Shown: positions 50,909 to 63,218 of the stretch, in pieces
Numbering within the stretch: position 1 is the stretch's first letter
Layout of the letters: each line of letters starts with the position of its first letter
NCBI RefSeq assembly: GCF_964204645.1
Contig: NC_134034.1
Span: 12,968,962-13,032,961 of the forward strand
Reading direction: 5' to 3'
DNA: 64,000 nt
Source of the DNA: Tubulanus polymorphus
Lineage: Eukaryota; Animalia; Nemertea
Notes under the pieces: model-generated
Told to the model about the DNA's origin: nothing
The model's input: only the letters and a program-made list of their open reading frames with translations
Databases searched by the model: none
Position numbers and translations under genes: made by a program

Positions 50909-51218
50909 TCATCCATCAGTACAGGTGTAAAACCTTTGATTAACGCCACTAAGTCGGAACAGACTATAGAGCAGGCGATCACTAATAACACGTAATCTAA
51001 TGTAATTTATGTTTCCCGTAAAGTAACAATTCAGCGAGAATCAGAGTTTTTATTCCGCTTCACCATGAAAATCGATCCAACCAAAGAAGCGTTTAAGGGA
51101 CGATGTACCTTCCTGGGGTATGGGGTGAAGTGGGAATTACCGACGCGCCAGTTCGTGTTTAAATGATTCTCCGAATCCAGTTTCAAACCTCGCTCAATGA
51201 CGTAACTCTCTGTTTCAG

Positions 51219-54200
51219 GTTGCCGTGGAAGGAACCGCTCAAAATTGCTATCTAAGCAAATTCGGTTATTTCAACGAAACGGATTTTCAGACTATTTCCT
51301 GTTCGTACTGCTTCGTGGGGGTGTTTTTCAATCGTAAAAACCTGACGATCAATACGACAATGGTTTACAGTCGGACTCAGTTGAACCTCGTCTTAAAAGA
51401 GAACAACAGTCGGTATTTAGTCCCGGACGCGTTCAAGTCGAATTCGCTCGTCTGTAAAAAATATCTCAGCGATCAAGAGTGTGAAAAATGGCGTTCGTGT
51501 TGCCGGGCAGCCCAACAGTGCTGTGATCGACAGCTGAAGAACACGCCCACGCCCACGCAGGCCACACCTACAGGTATCAACCCTATCATTGAACGTTATA
51601 GCCGCGATCACACGGACACGATTTGACCCGGGCCAAATATGCACGGATCAGGCTCGGGCCTAATTTGGCCCGTGCCTAAATAGAGAGCGCGTTCACACGC
51701 AAACCACTCACTCGATACTAAACAATGCTCAAACAAAGCGAAGTGGATCATTTTCGGTGCCAGTCGGTATTCAAACGTAATCATTTGTCCGGTGCTAAAA
51801 TTTGGCTCGGGCCTGGTCCGACGTTTTTTGTTCGGGCCAAATTTGGCCCGGGCCAAAAATGCTCGTGTGATCGCGGCTATTGTCATGTCCACACTAGTGC
51901 CTCCCCTCTGCACTGTTTATTTGTTTTATTGTCTATCGCAGGTGGACCGACACACAATTATTGTCCGATGGCGTGGGACGGTGTTAGCTGTTGGGATCAT
52001 ACGCTAGGTGGCGTTACTGCTACACAAAATTGTCCCTTGTATTACGTAGGACATGGTCTGGAACTACTGGGAACTTGTAAGTATCACGTGCTGACCGGTT
52101 TCCGGGAACTAAAACATTTGAAAACATCAATACGTTCATTTCTAATGCCGACTTAAATGTATTTTATTAATTTGAATGTAAAGTATATGTTTTAAATGAT
52201 AACTGATAGGCTTACTGATAATTGATAACTGATAAATGATTTAAACGATAGTTTATAGTTTGACACAACCTTGAACCATATACTCGGAAATAACCGAAAA
52301 TTTGTCGTAGAATAGAATCATAACATCGTCTACATTAGGTGAATGTGATATAGCTCGAATGATTATCAATCCCGTGGAACCACCCGTTTATACCACGGAG
52401 CCACCCGTAAATCATCCGAAGCTATACGTAGATCCCGTGGGGCCATTCAAATTTGCCTCAATGCCATTTTCAAGTCATGAAATCTCCGTCGAACCATTTC
52501 CGCGGTTTCTTTTACGAAATTGAAGATCAGCAATTGGTTTTGTTTTGAGAACCTGGGTCTGGGATGAGTGTCTAGCCACCTCAGTTCTTTGGCCTCGTCT
52601 CGCAAATGATTTGCGCTGGCGTTTTGTAAACTTTCACAATCTACGTGTTCCAGTGGTGTCTCCAACGCTTCGCCGTACCACTTTTCGACACGCAAAGCAA
52701 ACTACAATTAAAGGAAAAAATTACTTCTGTCTGTCACACATGCTCTTCGTGCGACGTTTTGGTCCGTAATTTCGTTAATAATCGGTTGATCTGTAAATAT
52801 TATGCATCAATTTGTTCAGTAAGGAATTTGCATTCAGAAATAAATCATGAACTGGCAGAAATTTGTTTGTGTTTTCTTCTATCAGCGATAGTTTACCTAG
52901 CATACGCTCGCGTAATGCTGAAAAACGGCTTTTATGGCCCGTCACGTGGCGCCACCTACTGTATTTTGATATGCTAATGAGCAGGTGATGACGTCACTGT
53001 AACGTTTCCGAGCGTCCGCGGAGCGGATTTTTCAGCATTACGCGAGCGTATGCTGAGTAAACTATCGCTCATAAATGAAAACAAAAACAACTTTAGTGAA
53101 AATTGTTGTTTATTTCTGAATGCAAATTCCTCACTGAACAAATTGATGCATAATAAAGGTAGATAAACCGATTATTAACGAAATTACGGACCAAAACGTC
53201 GCACGGAGAGTAGGTGTGACAGACAGTAATTTCTATTTCAACCTGACTTGAGAGCATACAGGGTGGCCTAGCTCCCTCATTTGTGGTAGTACAACCTGAT
53301 AATGGTCTTAATGGGACCAGAAAGGACAAGCAGTCGACCTAAATCATCATTTTTTAATCCATTTGAAACTGTATTGAAGGATACCCAAAAAGTCTTCACT
53401 GAAAGGGGTTAAATGAAGAGAAGTGACTCCATGATTTGAAAGTTTAACAATATGTTTCCATGCCTACGTATAAAATTTCAGTTGGTAGGCATGGAGACAT
53501 ATTGTTAAACTTTCAAATCATGGAGTCACTTTTCTCTCATGAACCCCTCTCAATGCAGATTTTTTTAGATATCCTTCAATACAGTTTCAAATGGATTAAA
53601 AAATGTTGATTTAGGTCAACTGCCAATGCATTCTGGCCCTAATAAGACTTTTATCAGGTATGTACTACCAAAACTGACTGAGCTAGGCCACCCTTTATGC
53701 TCTCAAGCCAGGTTGAAATAGACATTAGTATTACTAGTTCTTGATAACCCTCGATTAAGTCGAGTGAAATAGTGTATTTACCGTTTTGCACTCAATACTA
53801 TCTCCTGGATGAAGGGCATCGGTCGACGCGCAGAAAACCGCCAGAAAGACTATCAATAAACTACTCGAATTCATGCTGTAGGCTAAACTGCAATCAGATC
53901 ATAGAAATAGATACGTACGTGCTGCTTCCCGGCATTCAGAACTAGAAACTGGTTCCCGGTAGTGAGAACTAGAGACTGGTTGCCGGCCGTGCCGGAGTGT
54001 CAGATATATAAGCGATGTTCTTACCTGTGAATGATGGGCGTTGAGATGTAACGTGCTGTTAAAGCTACCGCAAAAACGTCTCGTTTTTTTCATTCGATCT
54101 TGCGAGTTTTATACATCTTTTTGACTGAAAAATATTTGATCAGATGTCGATGAACGGCTTCAGGTTAAACACTACACCGAAGAATAGATTAAATTCCTTC

Positions 54201-57200
54201 TATTTACAGAATCGATTCAGCTATTTTACGTTTGTTGAATCTTGATGCATTGAACTAATTGCACCTGTTTTGCTATGGTTATATTGTTCGAATATCTAAG
54301 TTGTTTTTTTTTGGTAACATTTTGTGAAGATTTTGTTCGTAAGGATGGTAAACTGAGGTCCACGCAAATATGACTAAATCTCGTAAAGGCTGCTGAAGAT
54401 TCAATCAGGTTTCAGTTCCACAGTTTAACAGTTCCACGGTGTAACAGTTCTACGGTGTAACCGTTCCACGTCGTAACAGCTCCACGGTGTAACAGCTCCA
54501 CAGTTCCACAGGAGTTCCACGATGAAACAGTTCCACAGTGTAACAGTTCACTTGAATTGAACAAAACATTTGACTATAAGAAATCTAGTTATTCCACAGT
54601 GTTCTACAGACTCAGTTCTGGGTCAACGAATTTCAACTCTAGACTCAAATTTAACCAGCTGGAGCCATCCAGCACAGTGAAACCTGTCTCCACGACTGTT
54701 TAACTTGGCTCTAGGGCCGTGGAACTGGTTCTAGGACTACTGCTAAATTGGCTCCAGGGCTGTTGAACTTGGCTCTAGGACTGTTGAACTTGCTCCAGGA
54801 CTGTGTAACTGGCTCCAGGACTATGGAACTTGGTGAAGACTATCTTTTTAAAGTTTTCACATTCGGAATCTATTCTCGTGTTACCTATGTCGTTTGTTTT
54901 CTGTATTTGCAGTTAAATCGACACGAACTTGTTCAATTTGGGGAAAATGGGCGAAAAAAACGAATTACAAAAATTGTTTCAACGCAGTAAGTATCAATAA
55001 AATCCTTGATTGTATTGCTCACTAGTTATGCTCCTTTCAAACCGACCCTACTAGTCTAATTTAGTCCACTTGTCCAATTATAAATACACCCTTTAATAAT
55101 TGGTCCATGCCCTTGAAGTTATCAGCCACGCCTGTAATACAGGCTATATTCGTGAGTCAGTAATTTCTGCCACGTTTGAGTTGCCTGGAAAACTGCATGA
55201 TTGAAAATAGTTAACCTTAGGAAATGTAATGAATGAATGATATAGGGTTATAATAGAGTGGTCGTTGTCTTTAACACAGAACCGTATTGTGATTGGGGTT
55301 GATTGTTTATGCAGGGTTGTTCGTTATACCGAGATCCAGATATACTCAGCTCCTGCGGGTCGTTTAACACAGAACTGTATTGTGATTGGGGTTGATTGTT
55401 TATGCAGGGTTGTTCGTTATACCGAGATCCAGATATACTCAGCTCCTGCGGGTCGTTTAACACAGAACTGTATTGTGATTGGGGTTGATTGTTTATACAG
55501 GGTTGTTCGTTATAGCGAGATCCAGATATACTCAGCTCCTGCGGGTCGTTTAACACAGAACTGTATTGTGATTGGGGTTGATTGTTTATACAGGGTTGTT
55601 CGTTATACCGAGATCCAGATATACTCAGCTCCTGCGGGTCGTTTAACACAGAACTGTATTGTGATTGGGGTTGATTGTTTATACAGGGTTGTTCGTTATA
55701 CCGAGATCCAGATATACTCAGCTCCTGCGGGTCGTTTAACACAGAACTTGTTTGTGGGTTGTTCTTTAGTGTTTATACAGGGTTGTTCTTTGTACAGTTC
55801 AGGCAGCATACTGAGCTCCTGCGGGTTGTTTGCTTTGACGCAGAACTGTTTTGTGATGGGGTTCAGTATAGATTGTTTACGCAGAGCTGGTTTTTCAAAT
55901 ATCGTGTTTAACTTTTTTTTTCAAATATCTGCTGTTCAAATAAACGCATACGCGTGGCATAGCGCGTCAGCACAACATAGATTTATTATATAGCTGACTC
56001 AAGTTGTTGTTTCAGAAAAATCAGAATTCTGAAAAATCTACCTTTTTCGAGTGTAACATTGCAATGATTTATTTTGTTTCAGGGTGAGATGAAGGTTATT
56101 CTAAAGATCGCGGTTTATGTCGGGTTTGGTTGTAATATCACCAGTATGGTTTGCCTAGTGTTGGCCACGTTCATTTATATTTACTTCAGGTAAATCGTTT
56201 AAACGTTTCTAATTTATCAAAACGGCCCCACCGCCGCCGACACCACACTGCTCGACCATTCAGGAGCCAGTTCCACAGTTGTTACGAGTGGAACTCATGG
56301 TCCGCCGGTTTGTGGAAATGATAAATTTTCGTTTCGTTGTATTATTTTCTAGCGTTCCGTTTACAGCGAGTTTCGGGTAAAACGATTATTTCTGAACGCA
56401 GTATAATAATCCGTACTAATTTCCGGTCTCCTGTTCGGGAGATTTTTAAAACCGCTTTTGAAACCGAGGTCGCGTCGACTCGCTTCTAGTTCCCGTCATG
56501 CCGCGCGCGCACTTGTGCATTGATTCAACACTGACAACATGACTTACTCCGGCAGTCGACCATCCACCAGGGGGCGCTAGTGGGCCTTCATATTCTAAAG
56601 TAACTTGTGTGTATTTTCTTTTTTTTGGTTTCATCAATAGAAAAAAAGGAATTTATTTGCACTCCAACCATTTCCGCGGTATGCGGGGGGAGACAATGAA
56701 ATATACCATAGTTACAAAACTATAGAAAGTAAAAATTTTTAATGAAATAGTTAGAAATACAAACATACACTGTTTACAATAGAAGACCCACTGTGAATGA
56801 CGCCACCTGGTGGGAACCATCGGAAATACGAGTCATATATCCATCCATTAAAAAAACTAAAGCATTTTTCAAGCACTCGGAATTCAAACAGTCTGCTGTT
56901 GGATTTTACATTAACGCTTAGATTTGAAATACGTTTATAGCGAACGAGTATTTATAGTAATAACGATTATACTTATAATATTGATAATATTAATAGATTA
57001 CTAAAATTAATCGAAATATTTACGAATACAAGAAAAAAAAATATATTCAAACCATGAAATCTGAGTAGAATAGCGTAGTGCGTATTAACACGGCGGCCAT
57101 ATTGGATCTCGCGAGATTGTGATGAGTTCCTTGCGCGAGAATCAATTAGAGGCAAGATTTCAGTTGCTGAGCGAATAACACGAGCTTCTCACATAAATTC

Positions 57201-59565
57201 GTCATCAAAATCCAATATGGCCGCTGTGTATATCTCGAAATCCAATATGGCCGCTGTGTTATTGACAGTTTATATTGGTAGAGGGCGTGACTGAGTAATT
57301 ATGTTGTATATTTCAGGGGTTTACGCAAAGATGAATCGTCGAAGTTCCGAGCTCGTCTTCACTTGAGTTTATTCGGCTCGTTTTTCCTCTTACATTTTGT
57401 ATTATCGATTTGGGAACCGGTTTTCTATCTGGACGGATTAATCAATAGTTCGAACGCGAGAATTAATCAAAATACGGTAAGTGGCGCCGTCTAGCGGGTG
57501 AATCTGCAATCAGGGACTACCGTTGAGCGTAGTACAACTTACGTATTCTTCTCTGCTTTTGGTATTGATGGGGACGACTTGAAGTGCCCGGCGGCATTCT
57601 TTTTTTTTCTTGAAATTAAAACACGAGTGTACGCGCCGATTTTATCGTCTCGTAAAAAATGTGCCTAGTTTTCTAGTTTCGGAATTGAACCTGACGACTA
57701 AAAATGTGCCATGAGTTTAACTTAGGCGTTGAAAAAATGGACAACGGCACGAGATTTTCGCGACGGTAGCCTACAGTTCAATCGTCTGCTCTGGGGATAG
57801 AATCCGACTCTTATACAGTTGAAACATAGTAGATCGTTAGTAAATGTATCAGAGTCACACTGTGTACAGGCTTGTCCCGAGCTTTATTGAGGGGCAGTTC
57901 TATTTCAAGAAAAAGGCACTTTCTTATTGAAAAAGGATATCTATATAAATATGAAGTGTATCTCTACGCAGCTACTGTATCTCTCTTTTCATCTGCGCGC
58001 GCAGGTCGGCTGTCGGTTCCTTCACTCGTTTCTATGGTTCGCTCGTGGCGCCACCTACTGGTGTTTACTGTGCGAGAGTATATATCTACACCAGAAGATC
58101 CACGCCTGGTCGATCAGCAACGTCACTGAATCGATTAAAAAATACGTCATCATCGGCTGGGGTAGGTCACGTGATCGATAGAGAGCGCCGTTTATCGGCC
58201 GCGGCTAGGAGGTCAGTGTGTAACTAATCGTTGGTGGTTATGACTATTTTCAGGAATCCCATTAATTCCGGTGATCACGTGGATCATTGTGAAAGTGCAG
58301 CTCGATAATGAAAAGTGAGTATAGCTTTCCCCATATGACGTCATTGATGACCGCCGTGCCAACTGATCATTATTATTGGTGATATGTTTGTTTTGTAGTT
58401 GTTGGATGCGTTCACACAATGGCAACTCAAACCTTAACTTCATTGTTCAGCTTCCAAACATACTGACATTACTGGTAAGTCCCTTTCCTCTCTACCCCCA
58501 CTCCCCGCATTCCCGCCTTCTGTCCCCCACGCTCTAACTCCCTCAAATAAACATCATCTTTATCTAAACTGATCGTATTTTCAGATTATATTGATTTTAA
58601 TGTGCAATATACAAAGAATACTGTTAACAACAATGCGAGGTCATGGTCAGGATCGTGACGTCATGATACTGAAGTAAGTGTCGATCGAACGGACTGTATA
58701 GTCGATGAATATGTTCGGCGTATAGGTAGCGCTGTATGTATCACTCTATCTCCCTCTCTCTCTCTCTCATATAGACGGGTGCTGCGAGCTACAGTAGCTA
58801 TGGTTCCTATGTGCGGCTTACAGATGTTATTCCTGATGTTCAGACCGGAGAACTGGTGGCCTTATGACATCATAGAGAACGTATTGATCGGCACACAAGG
58901 GATGTTCGTATCGATTTTCTACTGTTTCGTGAATAAAGAGGTAACCGTCTTAAAGTCCGTTCTTCAATATCTGGCTGACAAATCGAACTTTTCGGTTATC
59001 GTAGTTAGTCGACCAAAGTCGAACACTGTGAAAGGCGCGACGACAAAACTATGGCCGCGATCACACAGCGCTTTTGGCCTGTTCACACGGGTGCCGAATA
59101 TGGGCCCCTGGTTTTTTGGCCAAATTTGGCCCGACCAAAAACAAATTTGGTGCGAGCCTCGGCCAAATTATCTCCGTCATGTGATTGCGGCTTATAGTGC
59201 GTTCGGTTAATAGCTCCGACCTTTAGCCCTATAACTACGAAAACCGAAGTTCGCCAAAAATACGTCCCGATTTCTAACCGGTTTGATATCACTATTTGTA
59301 GGTGCGGAACGAGATCCGGGCGTCGCTACGTCACGGACGACGGGGGAGTTTAAACTCGACGTTCAACACGTATTCAACTCGTTTAACGTCGACCGAAACT
59401 CGTAACGGTTCGGTTCAACTCCGTCCTAGTGAGTTTAGTCGCAACTCGTACGCGATGCCCGATCTGCACGGTAGCAACGAGGATTACCTGAACGCCTACA
59501 GCACGACACCTAACGGACAAAATCAGAAGCTTAACGATAACAATACGACGGAATGCGCCACCTAG
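51219..59565 (+). CDS. Class B (secretin-family) GPCR, calcitonin/CGRP-receptor-like, with an extended Cys-rich N-terminus; 5' exon not resolved
   Basis: Exons 51219-51573, 51942-52076, 54913-54986, 56083-56189, 57317-57476, 58005-58161, 58254-58314, 58399-58474, 58585-58673, 58775-58940, 59302-59565. HRM domain CPMAWDGVSCW..CP..C..W..TNY..C; RLHLSLF, CESIYLH, IGWGIP, QGMFVSIFYCFVNKEVR. Confidence 0.88.
51599..51880. mobile_element. MITE with TIR tagccgcgatcacacg / cgtgtgatcgcggcta (PIF/Harbinger-like)
   Basis: Inverted termini; ggccaaatttggcc internal palindromes; a second copy lies at 59051-59195. Confidence 0.75.
52708..53232. mobile_element. Foldback/MITE with ~215-bp inverted arms; left end ttaaagg (Kolobok-like)
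   Basis: ctgtctgtcacac...gcattcagaaataaa...gcatacgctcgcgtaatgctgaaaa is mirrored at 53028-53231. Confidence 0.75.
53233..53721. mobile_element. Near-perfect ~490-bp palindromic foldback element
   Basis: ctatttcaacctgacttgagagcat... / ...atgctctcaagccaggttgaaatag, centre near 53478. Confidence 0.8.
55265..55850. repeat. 93-bp tandem repeat (5 full copies plus 1 degenerate)
   Basis: Period 93; intronic in the class B GPCR. Confidence 0.95.
59051..59195. mobile_element. MITE, same family as 51599-51880
   Basis: ggccgcgatcacac ... gtgattgcggct termini. Confidence 0.7.
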
Positions 59566-60266
59566 GCGATCGACTAGACACTAAACTATCGAACGAAGCA
59601 TTTCGATCGGACTGATCGTGTCACGTGACGACTGGGAATGTAAGTGACGACACGCGGTCTGTGATTATGTCACGTGACCTCTGATGTGTATATTAGCAGC
59701 ATTTATAACGTGACCGCGTGAAAGAAATTAAGTACGAGGGACAATAGGTGGCAGCACAAAGCAGGCGCATAGACGTTATAGTCCGAGATCCGGTGAATTA
59801 GGAAATCCATGAAAAACAGTTGTGTATATATTGTGTGCATGTACCCGGAATTCCTAAAAAACAGCCATCTTTATTATCAAAAAACCTCTATTCCATCTAC
59901 TCAGTATTCCAGTAGGTGGCGACAGTGGTCACCCGTATTTCTATGAAGCTCCTGTAGGGGGCGCGTGATGTGTGGTTATTTTGTAAATATTGTAAATAAC
60001 TCATAAAATCCAGACAGGAATTAAATATATATCATTCTTATAACAACATTTACACTTAAGCCTCGTTCTCATCTTTATCGGGGTCAGTAAAACACGCCAT
60101 CTATCGGCATTCGATGAGTGACGTCACAGCTAGAATTCATTGCAGAAATGTTTTTCTTTTGTTTCAAAATCGAAATTTATTGACCAGAAATTGACCAGAG
60201 AAAAAAAGCAGAAATTAAATCAACACGTGATTACTCGTATAAATACGCCAGAAAATAGTACCCTCG

Positions 60267-61802
60267 TTAGTATTTCGATTTGAAAAGCGTGTATCCCGTC
60301 GCGCGTGAACTAGTGCGAACTGCGAAGTCGTTTAAGCTTTCAGCCGCGTGCTGGACCACTCGTCTAGGACTGGAAGCTTTCGTCCCGGACGACGCCGCAT
60401 CTTTAGCCAGTTTCATCACTTGTGCCATCATCTCTCGTATACCGGTAACGCGGAACACGGCGGCCGAGTGGTCGTTGATATGACCCCCCACGACGATCGA
60501 GTCGTCTGTCTCTAGATGGATACTGACGGGAAAGAAGAACTCGTCTGCTATGTACAAATGTCTGACGATCGGACACGATTTTAAAACTAACGGATGAATA
60601 TTGATCGCTTCTGTCATGTACTCGATTTTAAACACTGGATCCACGGACATCACCAACAAGTGAAATATGTAGTATCGTTTATATTTCGTATCGATTTTTC
60701 TCGTTATCGTAGAATGTACTGCGCTTATATAGAACGGCCATTTATACAGGATAAACGGGGTCCCGCCTCGAACCGATCCGACCCCCGCCAGCGGTATACG
60801 AGCGCCCCCTACGTACGAGCAATGGAACTCGTCTGTAACGTTGCATTGCAGTACCCGCAACGGTTCTAAAGTTTGAACCATGAACAGTTGATTTCTGTCG
60901 ATCAGCGCCATCCAGTGTTTATCCCTGCGCTGATACCCGCTAGCGGTACTCATGTTCAACACGACACTACCGCCCTCTTTTATCTGCGGCGTCATCACAT
61001 ACTGGCGGTGGTAATCCCAGATGAACGTGTAATCGAGGAACGATTGTTTACCGGGTCTGTAAGCCATGTTGTACGATACTAACAGCCGGTTTTTGAACTG
61101 GAACAATCTCGGTTCGATCGGTCCGGCGCCGATCTGACCGCTAGACGGCGACGGGATTCCTATAAAGTGGCCTTTATCGATCGGTTCCAGTTTATCGTTC
61201 GCTCTGACAGTGAAGAATAGATTATCCTGGTAAACGTTTAACGGGGCTTGACGTTGGTTTAAAGACGCGTAAGCTTCCGCTTCCTGCCACATTCGCGCCA
61301 CTATCGTGTAATTACCGTCTCGTTCCTGATAAAACGCGGGACTATTCGCGTACATCAGGTTATCCCCGGGAACTCCCAGGAAGTGACGTATAGCTAGGTT
61401 CTCTAGTTGCGGAGATAGGAATCTTAGCAATGTGACGTTGAGCGGCGTTTTGAAACAGTTTTCGACGGAATCCTCGTAGAACATACAGCCCTCGCTGTTC
61501 TGATATTGCGGATGCGATCCCGATAGTCTCAACTTTGTGTTCATTCGCTTATTCAATTTTCTAAGCGGCCTCGACGATTTTTTGATTTTCTCGGTTTTGA
61601 AATTTCTCAAAATTTTCTCGAAATTTCGTTCGATTTTCGAGTCGATATCCATATTATTCGTCCAAGCTGGTTGTTTGTCGTCTATTTCTGCGTTGTACGT
61701 CATCGATTCTTGCGTTGAGTGCAAATTACTGACGATAACGACGAACGCGAATAATCCTACGAATCCTATAACCGCGCCTTTCAACTGCCGCCCTCTAGGC
61801 AT
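60267..61802 (-). CDS. Type II membrane protein with a GH130/DUF377-like five-bladed beta-propeller (beta-mannosyltransferase/glycosidase-like)
   Basis: Single coding exon (ATG 61802, downstream of an acceptor near 61825); N-terminal TM AVIGFVGLFAFVVIV; motifs ANSPAF, GPIEPRLF, DKHWM, VRGGTP, FPVSI resemble the EDPRLF/EKNW/RGGT pattern. Confidence 0.65.
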   Translation of the reverse strand: MPRGRQLKGAVIGFVGLFAFVVIVSNLHSTQESMTYNAEIDDKQPAWTNNMDIDSKIERNFEKILRNFKTEKIKKSSRPLRKLNKRMNTKLRLSGSHPQYQNSEGCMFYEDSVENCFKTPLNVTLLRFLSPQLENLAIRHFLGVPGDNLMYANSPAFYQERDGNYTIVARMWQEAEAYASLNQRQAPLNVYQDNLFFTVRANDKLEPIDKGHFIGIPSPSSGQIGAGPIEPRLFQFKNRLLVSYNMAYRPGKQSFLDYTFIWDYHRQYVMTPQIKEGGSVVLNMSTASGYQRRDKHWMALIDRNQLFMVQTLEPLRVLQCNVTDEFHCSYVGGARIPLAGVGSVRGGTPFILYKWPFYISAVHSTITRKIDTKYKRYYIFHLLVMSVDPVFKIEYMTEAINIHPLVLKSCPIVRHLYIADEFFFPVSIHLETDDSIVVGGHINDHSAAVFRVTGIREMMAQVMKLAKDAASSGTKASSPRRVVQHAAESLNDFAVRTSSRATGYTLFKSKY

Positions 61803-61943
61803 CGACAGCGATACTAATCGCTGACCTGAAATAGAAATAGGATTTAATCTTCTCAAAACGCAATTATGAAATAGAGAATCCTATAAGTTCGTTCTTTACC
61901 TGTGAACCACGTTATAACAGATTTCATTAAAACCAGACAAACT

Positions 61944-62168
61944 CCAGGGGCTGCATTTGCTCAAAAATTGGTTATAGTTAACCAGTGGAAATAAAAACTT
62001 CAGTGTAACATCCGTCAGGCGACGTTTATTAACCAACTTTTGAACAACTGGCTCCTGGACCCAGTTCCACAGTTGTGAGTTTAGAGTTAACCCCGATTTG
62101 AAATTAGTTCATTTGCGATGAGTTAACTCTAAAGTCAAATCGTAATTCACAACTGTGGAACTGGATCG
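61944..62168. mobile_element. Two adjacent MITEs (ccagggg...cctgg and ctggacccagttccacag...ctgtggaactggatc)
   Basis: Inverted termini; the second element matches the 41817 family. Confidence 0.7.
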
Positions 62169-62644
62169 TGCGGATCCTGAGTCTGAATCGTTGAGTTTTG
62201 AGATTTTATATGATTCTAAACATTGTTGCTAGTTTACGCGTAGGCCTACAATATCAACCCGGTCAAACGAAGCTAGAATCATTTTTGAATCGAATGAAAC
62301 AAGTCAATCCTATCACTTACTAGTCGAAAAGCCCATGTTCGATATCAACTCGTTCATTCAGCAACGGCTCGAAGCGTAATGAATATAAATTATTAAAAAC
62401 CGGACAAACAATTACAGGCAGAACTCAGTAAATATACGACGGGTTTGTACTGATCTGCTGTTGTATGTATGTATGTATGTATGCATGTATGGGCGTGTAC
62501 AAGTCTGTGCGCGCTCTACACGCCGAGTGAGTCTATATATGGTTCACTAGTCTCATACTGCGACTAAATCCTCTTTCTTCGCAGACCGGACGTAAATAAA
62601 TCTATTTCATTTTATAACAGATTCGATTCTTTTAAGCTAATAAG

Positions 62645-62762
62645 ATAAAAACCCACTATTTACAAATTAAAAGAATTCTAAACTATCGAGAATTTATTTA
62701 TTGAAACAATCTCAAATATTAGAACACGACGTTTCGATCTCACACTAGAGATCATCGTCAGG
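62645..62762 (-). mobile_element. Penelope-like terminal fragment with minimal hammerhead core (family A, copy 3)
   Basis: Minus strand CUGACGA-U-GAUCUC(UAGUGU)GAGAUC-GAAA-CG-UC-GUGU followed by the tail ...AGUGGGUUUUUAUC; truncated just before the core, so stem I is lost. Confidence 0.7.
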
Positions 62763-62863
62763 GTCTTTTATGCTTGATACGACGAATCTTCGGTCGTTTT
62801 TTATTTACAAAACTAAGGCTAAGACAATAATACATCGTTTCTCCTAATCGGCCGGGTCATTTT

Positions 62864-63218
62864 CAGGGGCGGATCCAGGGGCATGGGTAGACAGTATTGG
62901 AAGAAAATTTAAGGGCACCTTTCTGATCTTAGGGCACACCCAGTATCCAGGTCAATGCGAGTGCCGAAGGCGCAAAGTCCTTCGAAGGGGGTAAAGGGGC
63001 CCTCCCCCAGAAAATTTTGAAAATATGGTACCATTTAAAGGCTTTTAGAGGGCTTCTAGAGACTAATTCAGAGCAATCCAGAATAAACGACCCGGACACG
63101 GAATTAGTGGTTGCTGAAATAATGCCTTTAAAAATATTGCCGGTGAAATTTCGAAGGGCACTTAAAAATTCTAGACCGTATTGGGCAATACGGCTAATAC
63201 GGTCTGGATCCGCCTCTG
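62864..63218. mobile_element. MITE with TIR caggggcggatccag / ctggatccgcctctg flanked by ATTTT direct repeats
   Basis: 15-bp TIR with 1 mismatch; atttt on both sides; inserted in a repeat whose empty-site-like copy is at about 18242-18380. Confidence 0.8.

Noticed and set aside
51065-51117. MKIDPTKEAF... as first exon of the class B GPCR
   Set aside because: Donor phase (2) does not match the phase-0 acceptor at 51219, and there is no signal peptide.
55248-55993. 31-aa repeat ORFs on both strands
   Set aside because: 93-bp intronic minisatellite with no splice-compatible role in the GPCR.
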